NCBI GenBank assembly: GCA_038257035.1
Contig: JBBSJT010000020.1
Location: 1-26,792 of the forward strand
Direction: 5' to 3'
Origin: Chlamydiia bacterium
GTDB lineage: Bacteria; Chlamydiota; Chlamydiia; Chlamydiales; Parachlamydiaceae
Length of the DNA stretch: 26,792 bases
Under the pieces are notes generated by a model, which saw only the letters and a program-made list of their open reading frames with translations, searched no databases and was not told the origin of the DNA. The translations under genes and the position numbers were made by a program. Position 1 is the first letter of the stretch, and each line of letters starts with the position of its first letter. Below, piece after piece: positions 1 through 8,116 of the stretch.

Positions 1-69
1 ATATCCTGCCGCTTTAGCGATCCTGCCGCGCAGCGAAGCGGAGCGATCCTGCATATCCTGTAAAAAATC
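1..69. repeat. Right arm of CAGGAT/ATCCTG-type palindromic intergenic element (cut by window start)
   Basis: Four ATCCTG units, two spacers being small GC hairpins (CGCTTTAGCG, CGCGCAGCGAAGCGGAGCG), ending TAAAAAATC; reverse complement matches 26730-26792 (first 28 nt identical). Confidence 0.85.
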
Positions 70-137
70 ATAAAGGTAAAAGGGGTTGTGTTATGATTAA
101 AAAAAACAAGATTGTTTGTAAACCACTGACATATAGG

Positions 138-1118
138 CTACAATGTAAGACTCTCTAAATCTTGTTCATTTGGTTGACTTTGGGATTTTGTAAATGAATA
201 AAGCCCCCAGGAAACCCCGAGCAGCATACAAAATGCGCCTGATATCTCTAACATGGAAGGCAACTGCCCTTGAAAAGTATAAATGAGTGCCACGCCAAAG
301 ATGGTCTCTAAGATGGATAATTGACCAACAAGTGCAGGATGCAGTCGAGAGCCTGCCATACTCCAAAGTGTGAATGCTGCCCAGGAACAAAAAATACCAA
401 GAATCAAAATTCCTATCCAAAAATCTTTACCAAGCTCCCATGAAAATTGTGTAAAATATTCATTCTCATTGAACATTATTTGAAAATAAACACCCACAAG
501 AGTAAACATAAAGGTAATTGTACCAATCAATGCCGTCCATTGAACAGGCTTGATTTCATGATTTGTCCTTAAAACTTTTGAGTTAAAAATGACATACCAG
601 GTCCAAGCGGTTAAAGAAATTAACCCAAACAAAAGTCCTTGTACATGTTCAAAAAGGGTCGAACTACTCACATCATTTTTGATCGCTTCAATGCTTATCA
701 AACATAAGCCAAAGAATATAACGACTGATGGGAAAACAAATAAATTAAGCAACTTCCTGTCGCTTTTTAAAAGGCAGCTAAACACGGTTATCGTAATCGG
801 TCCGGTCCCTATAATTAGTGTAATAATCGATGGCGCCGTGAAACGGCTGCCATATATGAGCGATACGAAATAGATCAGATTCATCACGATAGCACAAAGA
901 GTGGCTTCCTTCCAATATTTTAAGCAAGATGTATCCTTTTTAATACATGTACTAAAAAGCAACAACAAGACTGAAAGAGAGCCATAAACCATAAACCTTC
1001 CCAAAACAATGTCAAGACTTGAAAAAGATTCAAGATACACTGGCATTGCAAAAACAAAACCCCATAAAAAACAGGCCAAAATGGCCTGTATAATCGGTTT
1101 TAAAACATTCGAATTCAT
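138..1118 (-). CDS. DMT/EamA-family transporter (YtfF-like)
   Basis: 326 aa, about 10 hydrophobic segments in two repeated halves; N-terminal 'ILACFLWGFVF..P....GRF' and C-terminal 'GQLSILETIFG' are typical of EamA/YtfF. Confidence 0.85.
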   Translation of the reverse strand: MNSNVLKPIIQAILACFLWGFVFAMPVYLESFSSLDIVLGRFMVYGSLSVLLLLFSTCIKKDTSCLKYWKEATLCAIVMNLIYFVSLIYGSRFTAPSIITLIIGTGPITITVFSCLLKSDRKLLNLFVFPSVVIFFGLCLISIEAIKNDVSSSTLFEHVQGLLFGLISLTAWTWYVIFNSKVLRTNHEIKPVQWTALIGTITFMFTLVGVYFQIMFNENEYFTQFSWELGKDFWIGILILGIFCSWAAFTLWSMAGSRLHPALVGQLSILETIFGVALIYTFQGQLPSMLEISGAFCMLLGVSWGLYSFTKSQSQPNEQDLESLTL

Positions 1119-1127
1119 TTTTTGCCC

Positions 1128-2357
1128 TTATAGCAGATTAAGCGAAAAACAATTTTGTATTAATATAAAAAGAAAAAACAAAGTTGATGCAATCAAAGCC
1201 CATTTTCCACCGGGAATTTGGTAAGAAGCATCTAGTTTTTTCTTGTAACGTCCAACCCACACCATGCCTATCGGAACCAATCCTGAAAGAATGGTATCTC
1301 CAAAACCTCCACTGATGTCCAAACACTGCAATAGTGCTTTTGGGTAAAGGATAGCTAAAAAAAGTGTGGGAATCAAAGTTAACAAAATCACAGAATTGCG
1401 ACTCAATTCAATTTTAATTTCTCTAAAGCCATCTTTAATAAAATAAAATAGAGCAAGAGACAATCCTAAATAAGAAGTGGTTACAGCTAAAAAGGCAAAA
1501 CCATCAGCTAAAATATTTAAAGACCAATGATCAAAACGACCCCTAAGGGCAACTGTCGCTGCAGAACCATTGTCTAAGGCTTCTCTTAACCCATTTGCTC
1601 CTTCCAAAGGCACAGATCCATGAATAATTAAAACCCAAAGACTATAAATAATAAAAGGGAATGTCGTCCCTAAAATAACAGCTTTTTTTAGCTTTTTCAT
1701 ATCATATTTTAAAAGCGCACAAACAGAAGGGATGACCATTTGATAACTGAAAGTCGCTAAAATGATTGAAAATGAGCTTACACCTTCAATAAAATTTGAT
1801 CTTGGCACTAAATTTTGCGCTTCAACCTGATTAAATCCAAAGCCCACTAAAACTACATAACAGGCACCAAGACCCATCATTAAAAGAAAATTGAGTTGTC
1901 CAATGAACCTTGCACCAAGGAAAACAACAAAACCAAAAACAAGTGTAAATATAGTACAGCAAGTTTCATAACTTAACGAAACGTTTGCAATAGATTCAAC
2001 CCAATATTTGATCAATGCGGCACCACCTGCAGTGTAAGCAACAAGGGAGGCATAATTCATGAATAAGTAAACCAAAAGGCAGACAATTTTTAACCAGTCT
2101 CCAACAAGATAACGCGATAAAGAAGAAAAATGTGTTTCATTTTTTAACCATTGGGTCGCCTCAACAAGCAATAACCCAGTAAAAGTCATAAAGGCCCAGC
2201 AAATGAATAAATTAATAAAGGTTAAAATAAAACCTGATTCAGCTACCTGAATGGGCATGGCAAGCATTCCACCGCCAATACAAGTTCCCGATATTAAAAG
2301 TGTTGCCACCGTGAGGGAATCTTCTTTTCTCACTTCATTTTCAATTATAGCTGTCAT
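1128..2357 (-). CDS. HAAAP-family (TyrP/Mtr-like) amino-acid permease
   Basis: 409 aa, about 11 TM; 'LLISGTCIGGGMLAMP' signature and 'AVTTSYLG' motif; substrate not determinable. Confidence 0.88.
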   Translation of the reverse strand: MTAIIENEVRKEDSLTVATLLISGTCIGGGMLAMPIQVAESGFILTFINLFICWAFMTFTGLLLVEATQWLKNETHFSSLSRYLVGDWLKIVCLLVYLFMNYASLVAYTAGGAALIKYWVESIANVSLSYETCCTIFTLVFGFVVFLGARFIGQLNFLLMMGLGACYVVLVGFGFNQVEAQNLVPRSNFIEGVSSFSIILATFSYQMVIPSVCALLKYDMKKLKKAVILGTTFPFIIYSLWVLIIHGSVPLEGANGLREALDNGSAATVALRGRFDHWSLNILADGFAFLAVTTSYLGLSLALFYFIKDGFREIKIELSRNSVILLTLIPTLFLAILYPKALLQCLDISGGFGDTILSGLVPIGMVWVGRYKKKLDASYQIPGGKWALIASTLFFLFILIQNCFSLNLL

Positions 2358-3201
2358 GTAATCTCCCGGCTACAAGTTTTTTCAGTAAATTTTGAACAAA
2401 ATTTAATGTTTTGCCACTATTGTCTAGTTTAGGGTTATACTCCACAAGCTCAAAGGCAAGCGGGGGGTCATTTACAAAAAGCTCCATGGCATCAATTGCA
2501 TCATTAGGATCAATACCATTCGGAACAGGTGTGCCAACAGCCTCGACATATGAAGGATCGACCACATCCAAATCAAAACTAACGCAATATTTAATTTGTT
2601 TTGTGCTAAAATCTTTCAAAACATCTTCCAACACTGATTTAAAGCCTTTTTCAAGAACTTCTTCAATGTAGTGGATTCTTACATTCAAACTGTTTAGAAA
2701 AAGAACTTCTTTTTCTTCAAAACTTCTAATTCCAATAAGAACAACATTTTCGGGTTTGAATTTTGGTTTTTTAGAAAGAATATCTGTCAAACGGGCATCA
2801 CCATACCCTAAAAGAGCCGCTAGAGGCATACCGTGAATATTACCCGAGTCTGAAGTTTCCGGAGTATGTGAATCCATGTGCGCATCGATCCAGATGAGCC
2901 CAAGATCCTCATCTTTTTTTTCATCAGCAACTCCGGACCATGTTCCGATGGCACAAGAATGATCGCCTCCAAAGCTAAGAAAAAAAGAGGAATTGTGCGC
3001 AAGAAACTTTGATTCTAGTGCCAATTGATGATTAAGATGGCTTAAGAGCTCATAGCTATTATCCATTTCATGATCAATGGTAATCATTTTATGCCAATAG
3101 AGTTCATCGATGTTTAAATTATCTTTTAAGAAAATAGGACCTTCTCCGCAATCCTTATTCCCGGCTCCAATTCCGGAAGCCAAACCAATACATGCTATCA
3201 T
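2341..3201 (-). CDS. rocF: Arginase
   Basis: GGDHS, DAHMD, SGNIHGMP, SFDLD and VEYNP motifs (Mn ligands plus arginase-type SGNxHG). Start set at second ATG (3201) because ATGGAGG supplies an SD; ORF track starts at 3213. Overlaps permease start by 17 nt. Confidence 0.9.
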   Translation of the reverse strand: MIACIGLASGIGAGNKDCGEGPIFLKDNLNIDELYWHKMITIDHEMDNSYELLSHLNHQLALESKFLAHNSSFFLSFGGDHSCAIGTWSGVADEKKDEDLGLIWIDAHMDSHTPETSDSGNIHGMPLAALLGYGDARLTDILSKKPKFKPENVVLIGIRSFEEKEVLFLNSLNVRIHYIEEVLEKGFKSVLEDVLKDFSTKQIKYCVSFDLDVVDPSYVEAVGTPVPNGIDPNDAIDAMELFVNDPPLAFELVEYNPKLDNSGKTLNFVQNLLKKLVAGRLHDSYN

Positions 3202-3376
3202 GATAACCTCCATAAATACAATAGATTTAAGACAACAAAAATATTAAGGTATCTTAAGAGATTATTATTTCCTAACAAAATTTATTTTAAATTTTAACAC
3301 TATCAGAGGCACCTCTTCGACAAGCATCTGCCTTTTTACAGCTATATACTCGGACTAATTGAAAGAAAAAGTATAT

Positions 3377-3532
3377 GATTTTTCAAAAAAGAGACCCAGA
3401 GAAGCGCAGCTTATGCGCGAAAGAACAAGAAGAAGTCAACCGTTTTTCGTGAATTAGAAAAGATATATTTTGTTGTTTTTCGCGCTTTAGCGCGCCTCTC
3501 TGCGTCTCTGCGTCTCTGCGTTGAAAAAATCC
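3377..3532. repeat. CGCAGAGA-type palindromic intergenic element (left arm decayed)
   Basis: Left GATTTTTCAAAAAAGAGACCCAGAGAAGCGCAGCTTATGCGCGAAAG vs right TTTTTCGCGCTTTAGCGCGCCTCTCTGCGTCTCTGCGTCTCTGCGTTGAAAAAATCC; imperfect inverted arms around an AT-rich spacer. Confidence 0.8.
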
Positions 3533-3552
3533 AATAACGTTAATTAAAAAAA

Positions 3553-4731
3553 TTACTGGTTTGGTTGAGCTTTCATGAGCGTGTAACATTTTTCGGCGAT
3601 CGCAAACTCTTCCTCTGTCTTGATCACCAATACACGCACTTTAGAATCAATCATTGATATTTCACCATCGCCATCAACTTGCCCGTTTTTTTTAGGATCT
3701 ATCTTAACCCCTAAATATGACAATGCAAGGCAAGACTCCAAACGCACTTGATTGCTGTTTTCCCCGATACCTGCCGTAAAAACTAAAATATCCAACCCTT
3801 GAAGTGCGGCCGCCATTCTTGCAATGTTGCCATTGAGACGGTAAATAAACATATCAAAGGCAAGCTTTGCTCTTAAATCACCTGCGTCAATTTTACTTAT
3901 AACATCACGCATATCAGAATTTCCTGAAATTCCTTTTATGCCCGATTCATAGTTTAAAAGCTTGTCTAAAGCCGATAAATCCATTTTTTTATCTCTTAAA
4001 AGATAAATAAGGATTCCGGGATCAATGGATCCGCATCTAGTACCCATCATCAAGCCTTCTAAAGGAGTAAATCCCATGCTAGTATCCACGCTATGACCAT
4101 TGTGAATCGCTGCAAGAGAGGCTCCGTTCCCAAGATGGCAAGTAATAATTTTAGGGTTTTTTAATTCAGGATTTTTTTCCATCGCCCGTACCATGCAATA
4201 TTCATGACTAATCCCATGAAAACCGTAACGCTTAATCCCTTCATTTTTAAAGTGATATGGAATCGGGTAAATGGATGCCACTTCAGGAATTTGGCAATGA
4301 AAGGCAGTATCAAAAACAGCAATTTGAGGAAGCTTTGGAAAAATTTTTTCCATGGCCAAAATGCCTTCCAAATTGGCGGGGTTATGAAGTGGGGCTAACT
4401 TTGATAAATCTTTGATGACCTCTTTTACTTCATTATCTATTAAAACCGGCTGTGTAAATTTTTCGCCACCATGGACCACTCTATGACCGATAACTTGAAT
4501 ATCTTTTAAATCTCCTGCTGTTTCCAACAATTTCTTTAATATCACAGTTCCAAGTTTTATATCTAAAGTTTCAACAATGGGCTTATCGTTGCCTTTTGAA
4601 TAGCGCATTAAAACTTTTGACTCATCTCTTTTCCAATCTAAAAAACCCGTCCAGAGAGGGACTTTCTCTTGATTTTCAAAAAGTGCGCATTTGTGAGTGC
4701 TTGAGCCTGCATTAACAACTAAAATTTTCAT
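3553..4731 (-). CDS. ackA: Acetate kinase
   Basis: 'ILVVNAGSST', 'GHRVVHGG', 'APLHNP', 'FDTAFH', 'YGFHGISH', 'HLGNGAS', 'FTAGIGEN', 'TEEE' motifs. Confidence 0.97.
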   Translation of the reverse strand: MKILVVNAGSSTHKCALFENQEKVPLWTGFLDWKRDESKVLMRYSKGNDKPIVETLDIKLGTVILKKLLETAGDLKDIQVIGHRVVHGGEKFTQPVLIDNEVKEVIKDLSKLAPLHNPANLEGILAMEKIFPKLPQIAVFDTAFHCQIPEVASIYPIPYHFKNEGIKRYGFHGISHEYCMVRAMEKNPELKNPKIITCHLGNGASLAAIHNGHSVDTSMGFTPLEGLMMGTRCGSIDPGILIYLLRDKKMDLSALDKLLNYESGIKGISGNSDMRDVISKIDAGDLRAKLAFDMFIYRLNGNIARMAAALQGLDILVFTAGIGENSNQVRLESCLALSYLGVKIDPKKNGQVDGDGEISMIDSKVRVLVIKTEEEFAIAEKCYTLMKAQPNQ

Positions 4732-4876
4732 GATGTTTTTAACCTGACTAGTGAAATTTAAACTATAGCTTTTTCTGTCATTTTTACTAGAGAAAAAGAG
4801 CTCGAATGAGAATTTACTAGAAAAACTTTAAAAAAAAGATTACTATAAAAATTAAGAGCTAACGAAGGAGCTACCT

Positions 4877-5317
4877 ATGAAAAATGATGTTTGGATCGTC
4901 GTTGCAAATAGCACACTCGCTCGCATTTATAAGGCTGAAACAACTCATCAGCTAAAAGAACTCGAAACTCTCATTCATCCGGAGAGTCGCCAGCAATCAA
5001 GAGAGATTGTGTCAGATCGCCCCGGTCGCAGTTTTGAGAGCATCCAAACAGGTACTCGTAGTGCGATGGAGCCAAAATCAAACCCTCAAGAACTTGAATT
5101 TGAAGAATTTGCAAGAATTCTCTCAAAACATCTGGATGCTGCTTGCAATGAGGGTCATTATAAAAAACTTTATCTTGCAGCAAACCCCTCTTTCCTTGGA
5201 CTGCTTAGAAAATTTCTAAATACAAATACAACACATCATATTGCTACACAAATAGATAAAGATTTAACTCAATTAACACCAAAAGAAATATCAAACCATT
5301 TTGATATTATCATTTAA
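4877..5317 (+). CDS. Host-attachment protein family (AtsE/baeRF12-like)
   Basis: '[13 protein letters not shown]', 'SDRPGRSF', 'FARILSKHL', '[14 protein letters not shown]', 'IDKDLT'; AAGGAG SD upstream. Confidence 0.85.
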   Translation: MKNDVWIVVANSTLARIYKAETTHQLKELETLIHPESRQQSREIVSDRPGRSFESIQTGTRSAMEPKSNPQELEFEEFARILSKHLDAACNEGHYKKLYLAANPSFLGLLRKFLNTNTTHHIATQIDKDLTQLTPKEISNHFDIII

Positions 5318-5330
5318 AAAGGAGAATCCC

Positions 5331-5495
5331 ATGCTTTATTATGCTTTAGTCTTTCTAGTTGTTGCAATCATTGCAGCTGTTTTAGGTTTCGGTGGAATTG
5401 CAGGCATTGCAACTGATATCGCTAAAATTTTATTTATCATATTCCTTGTACTTTTTGTTATTTCTCTAATCTTTGGTTATCGAAGCGGCTTCTAA
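5331..5495 (+). CDS. DUF1328 (UPF0391/YtjA-like) small membrane protein
   Basis: [25 protein letters not shown]...[23 protein letters not shown] before ATG at 5331 (ORF-track start at 5301 too long). Confidence 0.92.
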   Translation: MLYYALVFLVVAIIAAVLGFGGIAGIATDIAKILFIIFLVLFVISLIFGYRSGF

Positions 5496-5515
5496 CCGGA
5501 AAAATGTAGGAAATT

Positions 5516-5998
5516 ATGGACAAATCACACGACAAATTTATGCGACGGGCAATTGAACTTAGCGAACGCGCCTCCATTATAGAAAAAAGTGGTGGCGTGT
5601 TTGGTGCAGTCATTGTTAAAGACAATGAAATCATTGGAGAGGGCTATAATCAAGTCATTAGACACAATGATCCGACATGGCATGGTGAAATGGAAGCTAT
5701 TCGCGATGCATGCAAGAAGTTGAAAAGCCCACATTTAAATGGTTGTGTGATGTATACCAGCGCAGAATGTTGCCCGATGTGCCTTTGTGCAGCTTATTGG
5801 GCGCGCTTGGACAAAATTTACTATGGTGCAACAATTGAAGATTCTAAGAAGTATGGAGACTTTGACGATGTGGACTTTTTGGCGGAAATTCGAAAAGATC
5901 CAAAAGATCGTAAAATCCAATTTGTTGAACTTTTAAGAGATGAAGCAGTTGTGGTCTGGAAACGTTTTTCTAAAATGCCTGGACATGTCCACTATTAA
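5516..5998 (+). CDS. Cytidine-deaminase-fold nucleoside/guanine deaminase (B. subtilis GuaD-like)
   Basis: 'FGAVIVK', 'DPTWHGEMEAIR' (HxE) and 'CCPMC' (PxxC/CxxC zinc ligands), 'YWAR', 'FDD' motifs. Confidence 0.85.
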   Translation: MDKSHDKFMRRAIELSERASIIEKSGGVFGAVIVKDNEIIGEGYNQVIRHNDPTWHGEMEAIRDACKKLKSPHLNGCVMYTSAECCPMCLCAAYWARLDKIYYGATIEDSKKYGDFDDVDFLAEIRKDPKDRKIQFVELLRDEAVVVWKRFSKMPGHVHY

Positions 5999-6623
5999 TA
6001 AAAAAACTGTCACTGAAATTTTTATTACACATGTAAAATCAGGGTTTCGCCCAATCTATAAGGAATGGGCTGAAAAAATCCGACAGATCGAAAAAAACTT
6101 TCCAGGGTACCTCGGCACAGATATTCAAGCCCCAAAATCCGATGAGGAAAATACATGGGTATCTGTTGTGCATTTTGATTCGGAAGAAAATTTAGATCGA
6201 TGGCTAAAATCAGAGCAGCGTCAAATAATTATTGAAGAAGCAAAAGAGTTTGTCGATGATTATCAAACCCATCGCCTCATAGAAAACCCCTATAAAAGCT
6301 GGTTTAACAACACCCCTAAGAAAGTATCTGTAATCATCAAAGAGACAATGCTTGTTCTACTTGTCTTGTTTCCAATTATCATGCTTGAATTTAAATTTTT
6401 AAATCCACATCTTGCCACACTCAATTTAAGTGTTGCGACCTTTATAGGAAATGCATTAAGCGTCAGTCTGATCAGCTTTCCTGCAATGCCTGTCTGCCTT
6501 TATTTCTTAGGCTGGTGGTTAAATCCCGATCTCGAAGAAAAACAACCAAAAAAAAATCTCTTGGGCTATGCTATAGTCATCACCCTCTACCTAGTCGCCA
6601 TCCTCCTCTTCATGTACATCTAG
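5985..6623 (+). CDS. Antibiotic-biosynthesis-monooxygenase (ABM) domain membrane protein
   Basis: N-terminal ABM-like domain ('FPGYLG', 'FDSEENLDRWLKSEQR'), 'WF' linker, three C-terminal TM helices; start at ATG 5985 overlapping deaminase end. Confidence 0.75.
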   Translation: MSTINKKTVTEIFITHVKSGFRPIYKEWAEKIRQIEKNFPGYLGTDIQAPKSDEENTWVSVVHFDSEENLDRWLKSEQRQIIIEEAKEFVDDYQTHRLIENPYKSWFNNTPKKVSVIIKETMLVLLVLFPIIMLEFKFLNPHLATLNLSVATFIGNALSVSLISFPAMPVCLYFLGWWLNPDLEEKQPKKNLLGYAIVITLYLVAILLFMYI

Positions 6624-6632
6624 CCATTTTCC

Positions 6633-6930
6633 ACCGCTAAAGAGGGACCTTTTTACCGCGAAGGGCGCGAAGAAGCGCAAGCTTCGCTGCGGGAAGAAAC
6701 GCGAAGAGGCGCGCTAAAGCGCGAAAAGAAGAAAAAAGGATATGTCCTTTTTTGTGTTCCTCGCTTCTTCATGCTCTTTGTTTAAAAAATATTATAGATA
6801 CGATTTAAGCGAATCGGTTTATAACCATCTTTGTTTTTTCGCAGCATAAGCTGCGCTCCTTCGCGTTTCTTCCCGCAGCAAAGCTGCGCTTCTTCGCGTC
6901 CTTCGCGGTAAAAAAATCCGCCTCAACGGT
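6633..6930. repeat. CGCGAAG-type palindromic intergenic element between convergent genes
   Basis: Roughly 80-nt inverted arms (TTTTACCGCGAAGGGCGCGAAGAAGCGC... vs ...GCGCTTCTTCGCGTCCTTCGCGGTAAAA), each with two nested GC hairpins; weaker symmetry extends to 6633 and 6930. Confidence 0.9.
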
Positions 6931-6936
6931 ATACTG

Positions 6937-7578
6937 CTATTCCCAGAGCTCTTTTGTGAGGTAGATCCTATCCACCTGGTCTAGGCCTGACACCAAGCAT
7001 TCCAAATCGTTGAGCAATCCTGACTTCATATCGTAAACCCAACCATGGACCGTTAAATTTCGCCCCCTTGTCCAAGCATTTTGCACAACGGTTGTGTGGC
7101 AGATGTTTTGAACTTGTTGAATGACATTTAATTCTACTAAACGATTGTAACGTTGATCTTTATCAGGAATCGCATCAAGTTCATCTTTTGATCTTGAATA
7201 AATATCGCGAATATTTCTTAACCAATTGTCAACAAGGCCGAGCTGGTTATTTTTCATGGCAGCACCCACCCCACCACAGCCATAATGACCACAGACAATA
7301 ATATGCTTAATATCCAAATAATCCACTGCATATTGCAAAACTGAGAGGCAATTCAAATCTGAATGGATAAATAAATTAGCCACATTGCGGTGAACAAATA
7401 ACTCTCCTGGCTCCAAACCAACAACTTCATTTGCAGGAATTCGGCTATCGGAGCAACCAATCCATAAATAATTAGGTCTTTGCTCTTTGGCAGTTTTTAA
7501 AAAATATTGTGTATCTTTTTCCAGGTTTTTTTCGACCCAATTTTGATTCTTTTCAAATAGATGTGGTAATTGTTTCAT
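6937..7578 (-). CDS. can: Beta-carbonic anhydrase
   Basis: 'WIGCSDSRIP', 'GELFVHRNVAN', 'CGHYGCGG', 'ELNV', 'HGWVY' motifs. Confidence 0.96.
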   Translation of the reverse strand: MKQLPHLFEKNQNWVEKNLEKDTQYFLKTAKEQRPNYLWIGCSDSRIPANEVVGLEPGELFVHRNVANLFIHSDLNCLSVLQYAVDYLDIKHIIVCGHYGCGGVGAAMKNNQLGLVDNWLRNIRDIYSRSKDELDAIPDKDQRYNRLVELNVIQQVQNICHTTVVQNAWTRGRNLTVHGWVYDMKSGLLNDLECLVSGLDQVDRIYLTKELWE

Positions 7579-7596
7579 TTTTAACGTGTCCTTAAA

Positions 7597-7938
7597 TTAT
7601 GGGCGTGCAGTTCCACAAAGTGCGCAACTTGAAATTCCATCATAGTTGGAATAACCGCAGGTTCCCTTTGGGCAAACCCAAACATTTGGAAATAAACTAA
7701 CTGTATTTAAATTTGTTCGAGTATCTTTTGAATGGTCAGAAAACCAGTTGTGAAGAAAATCGATATCCATGTTAGCAGCTAAAATAATTATTAACAGCGG
7801 AATCATCAACAAAATCTTTTTTATCACAGCATAATCAAGCTCTCTCTTGTAGCGCAAGTCGCGATGATATTTGTTTGTATCCGAAATAACTTTTTTAGTT
7901 TCAGTTTCTAACCATTGTTTGGTATCTACTTTTTTCAT
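7597..7938 (-). CDS. Small membrane protein with C-terminal RanBP2-type zinc finger
   Basis: One hydrophobic segment (ILLMIPLLIIILAA) and W-x-C-x4-C-x3-N-x6-C-x2-C (WVCPKGTCGYSNYDGISSCALC); GAGG SD upstream. Confidence 0.7.
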   Translation of the reverse strand: MKKVDTKQWLETETKKVISDTNKYHRDLRYKRELDYAVIKKILLMIPLLIIILAANMDIDFLHNWFSDHSKDTRTNLNTVSLFPNVWVCPKGTCGYSNYDGISSCALCGTARP

Positions 7939-8058
7939 AAAACCTCAATTTTCTTACAAAAAATTGTACAAGCGCATTTTAACATGGAAATTCTCATTAG
8001 GCAAGTGACTTCTTAGGGTTACAGGATTAAATAGCTCCCTCTAATCTGTTTAAAAACC

Positions 8059-8087
8059 TTGCAAAACTTAAAATAAGTTGTTAAGTT
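8059..8087 (+). promoter_or_regulatory. Putative sigma66/70 promoter for GT92 gene
   Basis: TTGCAA-N17-TAAGTT; spacer contains palindrome AACTTA-AAA-TAAGTT. Confidence 0.35.
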
Positions 8088-8116
8088 TTTAAAAGATTAT
8101 TTACCAAGAGGCTCAA

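Noticed and set aside
3300..3345. Possible riboswitch or attenuator upstream of arginase (AGGCA...TGCCT stem)
   Set aside because: Only a short weak stem; no recognisable aptamer, leader peptide or ARG box
3383..3589. 68-aa ORF containing RRDAETQR
   Set aside because: Translation of the palindromic repeat, overlapping the ackA 3' end
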